Below, one piece after another: positions 1 through 10,654 of a stretch of DNA of 64,000 nt. The notes under the pieces were generated by a model. That model did no database searches and was not told the DNA's origin. It was given only the letters and a program-made list of their open reading frames with translations. A program made the translations under genes and the position numbers. The stretch comes from Phallusia mammillata (taxonomy: Eukaryota): contig OZ281499.1 in the NCBI GenBank assembly GCA_965637545.1, positions 26,846,001-26,910,000 of the forward strand, given 5' to 3'. The number at the start of each line of letters is the position of its first letter. Position 1 is the first letter of the stretch.

Positions 1-226
1 TTTTACACAAACTTGCCTTGAAAGCATATGTTGCGAAAGTTTGTGGTACATTTCTAACTTGGGCATTTGGCCGAAAAAAAGCCTCAGTTTTATTGGCGAG
101 GAATTCCCCTTTTTGTCTGATAACTTTACGACTAGCATTTGATTTGGAAATTAGTCAGATTTAAAGCATAAAAAAGTTTTAAAAAGTCTGTGCTTTTTGC
201 AGGTTTAAATCACATAAACAAAAAAG

Positions 227-799
227 ATGTACAAGCTGACTTTGTTGTTCGTGTTTTGTTTGATGTTCACTTGCATTGTTGGACCGCATACTTCAAACAA
301 TGGAGGGTTGGTGTAGTTGATTTAAACATTTGGTGATGAAGTTGTTTTATATAACATGGGAAATGTATAGCTCGTGTTACTGCTGTAAAGGCTGGCCTTG
401 GAACAATGTGTATGTTTTATGTTAAACTGTTCTTGATTATCTAAATTTTGCAAGTTGAAAAAAATCCAAAAATATTGGCAAACCTGATCAGCAACTTTGC
501 GCAGAGCTTCCGTACCTTGGGATGAGGACGGAGATAATAATTCGGAACAACTTTCGAAGGAAAGCTTGGATCAGTTGACCAGAGGTAAAATAGGCGCAAA
601 CTTCAACAGTTTAGTCCTGAAATAAGTTATAAATTGGCAAAGTTTAAATTTCGTTTTAAACGACTAAAATTGAAATCATACGAATGTTTGTTTGATCCGT
701 AACAAATTCTTCTTAGTTTTCTGGTATAAGTGAAAAATAATTCATTTGTCAGATGTCGAAGAGCTGGAATTGGATTTTCTAAATGAATTGGGATTGTAA
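227..799 (+). CDS. Secreted acidic prepropeptide, subtype D (D1), 68 aa; exons 227-306, 505-584, 753-799
   Basis: GT-AG introns of phase 2 and 1 give the open frame MYKLTLLFVFCLMFTCIVGPHTSNNGGASVPWDEDGDNNSEQLSKESLDQLTRDVEELELDFLNELGL*. The same exons recur at 1777-4189 and 59501-60176. Confidence 0.75.
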
Positions 800-1776
800 A
801 TAGATTGAAGAATGGATTTGTCGCTGGAATTTTAAATATTGTTGTCAATGACTTTGAATGCAATCAGTGTAAGAATGTTGGTATTTACTAAAGGAAAATA
901 AATACAGAATCGTGTAAATATTCTTAGCACATTGTATCGATTTAGGGCGAGTATTATCAGTTTACCAGCTTACGTTTCTGCATGTGTGGCGTGGTAGTCA
1001 AAAACACGATTTTTCTTAACGCATCTTTGAAACCTATGGCTAGACGCTTAAGAACAGGGTCACACAGCAAAACAAGGAACATGATGTAAATACACTGTAT
1101 TAAGTAACTTATGCCTTGTACAGGATTCAACTGTATAATAAATGTACAAGTTGACTTTTCTATTCATGTGCAATTGCATTGGTTGCAAAAAATACCATAC
1201 GTATAATTTTGCTTCATTGTTTCCAAAGGTTGCGAAAAAAGTAATTGTTAGGAGGAAACTGTTTGCCGTATGTTTTAAGAAAAGTGGCAGTTAAAAAGTC
1301 TTTGTTTAATTTTAACTCGTCAGTTTGAAGCGGTTGCTTGGTGCTAATCCAGTTGGCAGTTTTACTAACTTTGCCGATTTGAAAACTTTAAACAAACTAA
1401 TGATAAGTTTATTTTGGTTGGTAAAAAGTTGCAGCGGCATAATTGTCACCAAACCAGTATAGTTGTGTAGTATTTGAACGATATAAAGTGCAAAACGCGC
1501 ATGTCACAATACGGATCTTGCAGCTACACTGCAAAAACTTTCAGTTAAAAGTTAAACTTTCAAGATTGCATTTGTTTAAACAGGAAGAAGTTTGTTGTGC
1601 ATTTCCAACGATGGGTATTTGGCAGGGAAAAAGCCCAAGTTTTTTGATGGGGTTTAGCTTTTTTGTCTGATAACTTCACGACTCCAATTTAATTTGGAAA
1701 TTAGGCATGTTTGAAGCTTACAAAAGTATAAAAAAAATTGTGCTTTTTGCAGGTTTAAATCTGATAAACATAAAAG

Positions 1777-4189
1777 ATGTACAAGCTGACTTTGTTGTTC
1801 GTGTTTTGTTTGATGTTCATTTCCATTGTTGGACATACCTCGTCATTAACTTCGCATAATGGAGGGTTGGTATAGTTGATTTAAACCTTTGGTGGTTCAT
1901 TACGATGTTTTATTATGAGGTATGACAAAACTTTGCCACCCGAGAACAAAACAACGGAAAATGTGACAAATCTCCAGCCGTGTCACTACTTAAAAAAATT
2001 AGCACTTTGTCTTGAAATACTGCTTACATTTTATATCATACTGATGTAGGCTACGCAGTTTGCTCATTTTCCTTATTGATGATCTGTATCCTTATGTTTA
2101 AAACAAGTCAAAACAAATCCAACATATTTGCAAACCTGATCAGAAACTTTGCGCACAGATCTTCCGTACCTTGGGATGAGGACGGAGATGAAGATTCGGA
2201 ACAACTTTCGGAGGAAAACTTGGATCAGTTGACCAGAGGTGAGATGTGAGATTGGCACAAACTCAAAACAGCTTGGTCCTGAAATATGAATTTGTGAAGT
2301 TCAAAAATGAATCAAATAACTTTATGTAAACAATAAAGTATATAAAGCTCCATTGATGCCATAATCGATTTGTTCGAAATGATATGTTAATTACACTGGG
2401 CAACAAAAAAATATTTTTTTACTGGTGTCTGTAATGTTTTAAGTGATTTTGACTAATTCTAGTGCCCTGATTTCAAAAATGCAATCGGTTTATCTGTATC
2501 ACGTCTAGTTTTCCTGTTATGGTACATCCACGTTTGAAAAACGTGTATACACTAGTGAAACTGGTTTTGAGTATTTTATTTGGAATTGCAGCGTGTGCAA
2601 AGCTGACTCCGGTTAATAACTGAGCATAGCACAGACTTAAGTATCTACTTCACGAGTTTTATTACAAGCAACATAACAAACAGACGAACACAGATAACTT
2701 ACTTTTACAAGTTCAACGTAACATCAAGTTGACGAGCGATTAGTACATTAAGCGAATAAAGACAGAATATAATATTCGCACTTTGACCAGAATTTTAACG
2801 GTTGAAAGATAGAATCAGAATTGGAATGGAATGAATCTCAATGTTTGTGGCGTGGTATTTATAAGTCCGATATTTTACTTAATCAAGATTAGAATCGATA
2901 CGACGATACGATACGAGAGATAAGAAATTGGACACACGGGGATTAGAAATCAATGTACCAAAGTCATTACGCTTGATCGACTCAAGGTTAATAGGGTCGA
3001 CGAAAAGGGAAAAATATAAATTACAAAAAGCAATCTCGAGAAAAGAACAGATGTTTGCTGATTAATCCGGAGAGACCACGTGATTTGAACACGTGATTTG
3101 ATGCAGAATTAACATTATTTCAAGAACAATATTTCGAAATTAATTTTAAATGTAACAGGTGGACACTCCTAACAAACAAAATTCAACACAAAAAAACAAA
3201 AAAATGTTTCAAGTTTGTAAGTTATTAGGTATAGGCCTACACATGTACTTTGGTAACTTTCGAAACTGAGTGGCAGCAATATCGTCCCGTTTAATTGACC
3301 AACAGCAGTTAGCTAGGACCACATTATTCCATCTTCCCTGACACGTTTCGTTTTACTGATATCCTGTTGGAATCTTTCAGCTTAATTCTCATCATTTATA
3401 TCCCCTACGTTATAAGGGAAGTGTAGCTTTATACTTATTTTCGTACTCAATTTTTCAGACCGCTTAACAACTTAGTTATGTACTCTTTCTATTAATTTCA
3501 GTCCCTTTCTACTGTTTTTGTCCATTACTGCAATATTCCAATCAACATTAGGTAAGTGGAGCCCATTGCTTGTCCTAAACCCCTAAAGCCACATCGAAGT
3601 GTGCAAGATATGCACATTTGATACGGATCTCTTTTTTCTTTTTAGTTGTGTTGTATGGGTATTCACCAGTAATGTAGCATAAACCATCTTGGTAATTCAT
3701 GCAACACCTTTAGATGACCTAGCCACTATTAATTTTAGTTTTACCACCTTGCTTTACTAGTCTGAAAATCACTCCATAAAACATGTATAGTTTAAAGTTA
3801 CCGCTAGCCTGCACCAACCATTTTTAGACAGAGCATAAGCATAGAACGCATATTCATGCTATGAAACTGACTGCACTGTAGGAAATTAATGTGTTTAATG
3901 TAACAAAACTTTAACAAGCACATAAAAGCATGATTTAAAAGTCATTAAATCAATATGGTCATAAATTTAGATTTTGTAAATAACTTAAAAAGTTGACCTG
4001 GTTAAAGAAAACCGTAATGATTTTTGAAATCAGCACCCCAAAATTAGTCAATATCAATTTAAACATTAAAGACACCAAAAATTGTGTTGGCCAGTGTTAT
4101 TCCTGTTTAAAGTAAATAAAAATTGTTTGTCAGATGTCGAAGAGCTGGATTTGGATTTTCTAAATGAAACGGGATTACAAATGGATTAA
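1777..4189 (+). CDS. Secreted acidic prepropeptide, subtype D (D2), 74 aa; exons 1777-1865, 2159-2238, 4134-4189
   Basis: Spliced product MYKLTLLFVFCLMFISIVGHTSSLTSHNGGSSVPWDEDGDEDSEQLSEENLDQLTRDVEELDLDFLNETGLQMD*. Canonical splice sites; intron 2 is enlarged by a 1.7-kb transposon. Confidence 0.75.
2394..4096. mobile_element. Non-autonomous CMC/Chapaev3-like DNA transposon in D2 intron 2
   Basis: Termini CACTGGGCAACA / TGTTGGCCAGTG, 3-bp TTA duplication, subterminal inverted repeats (gactaatt...ctgatttcaaaaat). Absent from the homologous intron of D3 (~59550-59600). CAC ends with a TWA TSD fit Chapaev3. Confidence 0.7.
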
Positions 4190-5095
4190 AGAAACTTTGA
4201 AGGTTGTCGGTGGAATTTTGGATATTGTTGTCGTTTTCTTTAAATGTAACAAGTGCAAGAATGTTTGCATTTACTAAACGAAAATAAATACAGAATCATG
4301 TAAATATTGTTTGTACATTGTATCGATTTAGGCCCAGTATTATCAGTTTACCAGCAAATGCTAATACATGTGTGTGGTGGTAGTAAAAAAACACGCTTTT
4401 TCTTAACGCAACTTAAAACCTATGGCTAGACAGTTAAGAACAGGGTTGCACAGCAAACAAGGAACGGGATGCAAAACCGCTGTAGCAAGTAACTTATGCA
4501 TTGTGCAGGATTCAACTCAACTGTATAATAAATGTACAAGTAGACTTTTCTATCTTGCTTTATGTGCAATTGCATTGTTTGCAAAAATTCCGGACGTTTT
4601 AAATTTTGCTGATGAGCAGTTTTGATGAAAACTTAACACGTCAACGCAAATGTTTTTTATTGTTCCCAAAGTTTTAGAAAAAAGTAATTGTTAGAGGAAA
4701 ACTCTCTGTCGTATGTTTTAAGGAAAGTGGCAGTAAAAAAGTCTTTGTTTAGTTTTAACCCGTCAGTTTGAAGCGGTTGTTTTAGATTTTGCTGACGAAT
4801 AGTTTCGATGAAAACTTTAAACGTCAACGCAAATGTTTTTTATTGTTTCCAAAGGTTTCAATAAAGTGATTGTTTGGGGAAACTGTTTGCCGTATGTTTT
4901 AAGGAATAGTTGCAGTTAAAAAAGTCTTTGTTTAATTTTTACTCGTCGGAAACAATGATAAACATTAATTAAGTCGATTTCAAATAGCATTGAGGAAACA
5001 AAAAACACCTTAAGCACATAGATTACTTTCAAATCCGCTCAAAATTATGAAAAAGGTATTTCATTGTTTTTAATATTAGCAGCGAGACAGAAGAG

Positions 5096-5960
5096 ATGAC
5101 AAAGTTAAGTTTGTTGCTTGTCGTTTGTTTGTTAGTTGCAATGTTGGTTGATCCAGGACACAGCAAGAAGAAAAACAGAAAGAAAGCCACGGGTATATCT
5201 CCTATATTGGGAAGCAGCTACGGAGGGTGAGATGGTTTGTAAACAAGGATTTTTAAACATTTTCGTGTTCGGGATTTATGGGACTTGTTGTAATTTCGTC
5301 TGAGCTATAAGTTATTGTGGTAAATCAAGAGTATTCTGTCATGTGATGCTACCGATTAGATTTCACCACAAAAATGTTTTAGTCCCGCACACATATTTGT
5401 AAGACGGACCGGGTTTGTGAAGACGACAATTTTAAATAAAACTGACTTGACTTTGCCAAACTTCGTAAATTTCGGGCTTATATGAATTCAAATTCGGGAA
5501 GGGTTTTGGTTTGGACTTTTTCGGGCCAGCCGTCTACTCCACAGTCTCAAACTGTTTGTACAAGTGTTGGAGATCTGTGATTGAAATATCTGACCCAAAC
5601 CGAAAATTAAAACGGTGTATTTCCGGTAGCGATGTGCAGAATGAAATTTACTTTTGACACCAACTTGTATTTTGTAGTGGTGATTCAGATCAACTGGAAA
5701 AAGAAGACGCTCGAGAAAAACGAGGTAAACGTCACTGAGTAAATCTGAACCAAAATACAAGAGAGTTCAGTTAGTTGCATATCGGTTAATATTACATTCT
5801 GGATAATCGCAACAAGGTTGGAAATTATATTCTTAGCATGTGGCAAAAAGTTATCTTCGTTTGAACCAAAAGTAAGTTGCATCAATCAAAACATCTAAGC
5901 ACAATAATTTTTATTTCATCGCGTTTTCCAGACATTCGAAGCCAAATCAAAAAGAACTAA
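5096..5960 (+). CDS. Secreted prepropeptide, subtype C (C1, A-type exon 1), 68 aa; exons 5096-5226, 5678-5724, 5932-5960
   Basis: MTKLSLLLVVCLLVAMLVDPGHS-KKKNRKKATGISPILGSSYGG-GDSDQLEKEDAREKR-DIRSQIKKN*. Phases 2/1; exons 2-3 homologous to 26022-26282 and 57785-58125. A TAC>TAA change shortens exon 3 relative to the paralogs. Confidence 0.65.
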
Positions 5961-6340
5961 GCAGAGACACCCGGAGGAGCATTGTGAAGTCACTATCTGA
6001 CCAATCAGATTCAAGGGCGCGCATTTTGAAATGTCCCAAAAAATAAAAAATAAAATCAGCACAATGTGAGATTGTTGTTGAGTGAAATAATTCTGAAAAT
6101 GGGTCTGACGAGTCTAACGACGACTGCTCAAAATATGTGGCTTACGCAAAAAAAGTATGTTTGTATCTGGTGGCTTTATCGAGACGGAAATAACTGCGCA
6201 GATTGAGATGGTAATACAGTTAAAACTTTACAGCAGTATTTGACAAAGTCCACATTGTCACATCCCATGAAAACACAAACATGAGTTGGAAACGGGATGT
6301 TTATCAAACTTTCATGTGGATTTCACATCACCACTTCCTG

Positions 6341-6846
6341 TATATAAGTTGAGTTCGCTTCGGTGCAAACTTCCAACAATACATTGTGACATATGTTGGT
6401 TCGGGATGAAAAGCAAGTGATCAAGTTTAATCTGTTAGTCCGCAGAAATGGTTTGCAACATTGCAGTGAGTTGTCGGTGTGAATCACCAAGTATCAAACA
6501 ACATCACCAAAACAGAGTTGTTTTCTATTACAAGGCAGTACATTTTGTTTGTTAGTTCTTGTCTTGTGTGTAACTGCGTGAACAAATGTTGGGTTGTTAA
6601 TATCAACAACAGTTGTTTACAAAGTTGGTTGCTTGTTGAGAAATAGACGATGTATTAAAAAAATTCTTTAGCTTCCAATAACGGGTTTCCTGCTAACTTG
6701 TTGCATTAAACCACGACAAATAAGTAAGCCGATTTCAAATAGCATTGAGGAAACAAAAACAGCGCTACCCCAGCTTAAACACATAAATTACTTCTAAACC
6801 AGCTCAAATTATGAAAAAGGTATTTCATTGTTTTTAGTGTTAGCAG
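6341..6846 (+). promoter_or_regulatory. Putative TATA box and 5'-UTR intron of A-type genes
   Basis: TATATAA at 6341-6347, donor-like CA|GTGAGT at 6466, acceptor ttagcag| at 6846, 13 nt before the ATG. The same block precedes other A-type copies (~27826, ~52260 minus, ~57420 minus). Confidence 0.35.
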
Positions 6847-6859
6847 CGAGACAGAAGAG

Positions 6860-7411
6860 ATGACAAAGTTAAGTTTGTTGCTTGCCGTTTGTTTGTTGGT
6901 TGCAATGTTGGTTGATCCGGGACACAGCATGAAGAAATCCCCTATATTGGTGAGCGTCAATGGAGGGTAAGATGGTTTGTAAACACAAATTACAAGAATT
7001 GAATTTGCTTGCAACTGTCAGGAAATGTACAACCATGTTATAGGTGATCCAAATATTTTGCTTAAAACTTTTCCGCAGGGTTTCTATTCCCTGGGATTTC
7101 GAAAACAACGAAGATCTTGAAATGTTCGAAGATCTTCTTAGAGGTAACAAGTGTTGCTTACAAGATCTCACTTGAGGCGTTTGCAGTTTGTAATTTTTCC
7201 CATATTAAGTAAATATATCCGCAATGCTGTGGTTTAAACAACAAACTATAAATCTTCCCAGTGATATTAAATTTCCTCTTAAATACTTTTGTCAGGAAAT
7301 CGAACCCATAACTCCACGATTACAAAACCGATGGCATAGAATTAAACAAATATTTTATTTCTTGCAGATTTCAAAGATGAACTGATTGAAGAAGACAGAA
7401 TGAAAGGATAA
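6860..7411 (+). CDS. Secreted prepropeptide, subtype A (A1), 71 aa; exons 6860-6966, 7079-7143, 7368-7411
   Basis: MTKLSLLLAVCLLVAMLVDPGHS-MKKSPILVSVNGG-VSIPWDFENNEDLEMFEDLLRDFKDELIEEDRMKG*. GG|GTAAG and AG|GTAAC donors, pyrimidine-rich acceptors. Confidence 0.8.
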
Positions 7412-8646
7412 ACTGAAAATACCGAAGTTGCCTTTATTCTGATGTGACACCTATTTTGGAAACTTAATAAAATTATTTATGTGCGGTTAATTGTACGCTG
7501 TGCTGCAATGTAAACATATTTGAACAACGATTGCTGAATTTAATAAAGCCATAAAACAAAACAAAAACGTGTTTGAAGTTTACGTAAATATGCATCACAG
7601 ATATACAAGAACATTTATGTTGAATGTAATCTTTTCATGTGAAAGCCGAATAGAGAGACTTAGACTGAAATGTAGGCCCTAAATATCAGCAGCAAACCTA
7701 TAGTGCAACCTATAGTGGATTTAGAGATATAAGGAAAGTAGACACCTACCGAAAGTTTGCGGAACATCATGCGGTGGAAGTGCTGGAAGTTGGTCGTGTC
7801 AATTGTTTGTGGTTCCTCACAAATATTAAACAACATCAACAAACCAGAGCTGTTTTGTATTGGAAGGCAGATCTGTGGTTTGGAGGCCCTTTCCTTTTGC
7901 CTGGAAGTACTTACTCTGTCCCTTGGCAAAGTGTGTCACACACAGCCTGTGTTGAACAAGACCCCTCTGCTTCCACTTGAAACAAGAAGTACAAAATTAA
8001 TTATATTCTCAATAACATGTAAAGCATTGCTATGTTTTAGCTAGAGTCATGTATATTTGTGATTGGACTTTTTACTGCTGGTAACTCCTTTTCTTGCACA
8101 AAGCAATCCAACTATAATTATACATCATCCGTGTTGTAAATCTGAATATTCAACTCAAACTTCGTTTACAACCTGTACTCATGGTGACAACAGTGATTGT
8201 TCAAACAACTGCACTAATATGTATTCTATATACACAATCTATCTGCCAGTTATAATTTCAATGAATATTTGTAATTTGATAAAACGTCATTATATAGGTT
8301 AAGTATTTACAATTATTGTTGCAATTCAAACTAATCTTTTCTCCGTTCGAGTTACAAATGGAAGCGCAGTTTAGTTGCAACAAAGACACCAACCAAGAAT
8401 GTCATTAGTTAAACGACGAACCAATCGAGAACCACAAGAGCCAGCGTCATTAAAATATTAATTTGTGCTGCGTGCTCAGCACCAGATGTGGTTGTTGTTG
8501 CTGTAGTGATTGTAGGAGTTGTTGTTGCTGTTGTGGTTGTAGGTGTTGTTGTTGCTGTTGTGTTTGTAGGTGTTGTTATTGCTGTAGCGGTTGTAGGTGT
8601 TGTTGTTGCTGTTGAGGTTGTAGGTGTTGTTGTTGCTGTAGCGGTT

Positions 8647-10654
8647 CACTAGAAAAACCGGTGTGTTGTAACAACACGCCAATTTTGAAGCCGTATACAA
8701 CACACGACACACCGAGCCGTGTTGTGAGGCGGTGTGTTGTTTGGAGGTGTGTTGTTCAACGACACGCCTGCCGTGTTGTTTGAAGCTGCAGTTTCGCGAC
8801 ACACCTGGTGTGTTGTTTGAACACACTCATACAACACGCGTGTTGCGTGTTGCTTAGAGCTATAAAGCATGACACACCCAATACCGTTTTTTATTTTATT
8901 GTAAACAGTACCGTACCAACGAAATAGCGCACATATCGAAGAAACAGAACATAACGTTTAACAGAACAAACAAAACAAAGTTATGGCATGAATGTAACGG
9001 TGGGGGAAACACAGGTAAAAAATACACGCAAAAACAAAAGTTCAACTGCATGTCCGATGCTATATAATTATAATGTGCTCAACAAGGCATATTGCATATG
9101 CACAGTCATGGCATGTTCAATATCACTACAATAAAAATAACAAGTATTACAATGAAAAATCGAAACCAGAAGAAAACCTGTTCATTTCATTCTTATTGAC
9201 AACAACACTTGGATAACCAGGCGATGTTGCAAACTGGTCCTGTAAAGTAAATAACCAGTTATTAAACAAGGTTTTACTGCCAGTTAATGTGATTGTAATG
9301 GTTAAGGTTACATGAAATCAAAGTTTGTTGGAGTTACTAATGGATCTAATCAAAATACCTGTGTTTCGAAGATGACAACATTTCTTTTTTTTGTAGCAAT
9401 TTCCTTTCACAAACAATCAGCCAGCATATGATTATCTAAAGGTTCCCCCATGGCACTTTTGAGAACATCAGTTACGTTTACCATCTGCAAATCAGTAAAC
9501 ACCACATATATTTAAAATATGCTGGAGAAAGAGGCCGATTACTTAAAAGCCATTTAAACTCACATACCAAATGTCCCTTCAAGATTTCTGGTAGCAAGTG
9601 ATATTGAGTGTCCCTTAATGTTGATTGTCTAAAAACAAGTAATGTATATGAGGCAATGTATAAGTAATGTATTTTCTCAAATGTAACTATCTCAAACATG
9701 TTTACTTGTTTGCAACTCAGCCATAAACATTGGGTTTAATGCCTGCCATGTGTCGCCTTGTAACAAAATTGGTTCCTTCATAGAATTCCCTTGGTTGTTC
9801 AATAATCCATGTTATGCACAGTAAGGCCAGTTGCATCATTAGGTTTTGTACAGGACTCTGCAACAAATTAAACCACTTGAAATACGCAATCATTAGGCAG
9901 AAAGTTCGGGTATAAAGGAATTGATATTGTTGAAAGTTAAATTCTTTACCACTTTCAAGCACTTGCCAACAGAACTGTAATAATTTGGCAAAAAAATGCA
10001 AATAGAGGTCACTTCAATGCATGTTTTGTATGTGTTCTACTTGACAGTGATACCAAGTTGATATAAAAACCACTTCGCTCAGTCATTTGGTAACAGTCTA
10101 TTCTAATACAAAAAACAACAAGCCATTACAACATGCACAAAGCACAAACATATGTTTTATACATGCACAAATATATGTAAAATTGTAAATATACCAACCT
10201 TTATTAGATTTGCAACACCATCTTGTTCACATTGTCCAAAAGTCTTGAATACATTGAAACTTGTCAATTAATACTCAAATAACTCCTATTAGCCTTGATA
10301 TTGAGTCTCTTACTCATCAAGTTACTAAGTTTTAGTCAATCAAAAGAAAAAAGAACCTGAAAAGCCGTTTCGTGCGTTCCCGCCGTTACGGTTGAGTGAC
10401 TTCCAAAGCCAAAGGAAAGAAGGAAAGCAACAAAACAACACGGCGGCGTGTTGTTCTGTGCTTCTGGACTTGAAACCCATCACCTTGACCTTGAAACGAC
10501 ACACCTGGTGTGCTGTCCGTACTGTGCGGCGTGTCGTTTAGCGAATACACATCGATTATCGCGGTAACAACACACCTGCCGTGTTCTTGGAACACACCGT
10601 TAGTGTGGTTGAAACACACCGGCGTGTTGAAACAACACACTGGTTTTTGTAGTG
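8647..10654. mobile_element. CACTA/EnSpm-like non-autonomous transposon inserted in the La1 Thr-rich exon
   Basis: TIRs CACTAGAAAAACCGGTGTGTTG / CAACACACTGGTTTTTGTAGTG, TT duplication of the target gcggtt|gtagg, and subterminal arrays of aacac/gtgtt motifs at both ends. Confidence 0.8.

Noticed and set aside
8476-8826. Asn-rich ORF (YSNNNT repeats)
   Set aside because: Off-frame translation of the stranded Thr-rich Ly6 exon fused to the CACTA terminal repeats.
9180-10270. Exon-like pieces inside the CACTA element (e.g. ORF 9717-10001)
   Set aside because: I could not assemble a phase-consistent spliced ORF or recognise a transposase motif; an HMM search is needed.
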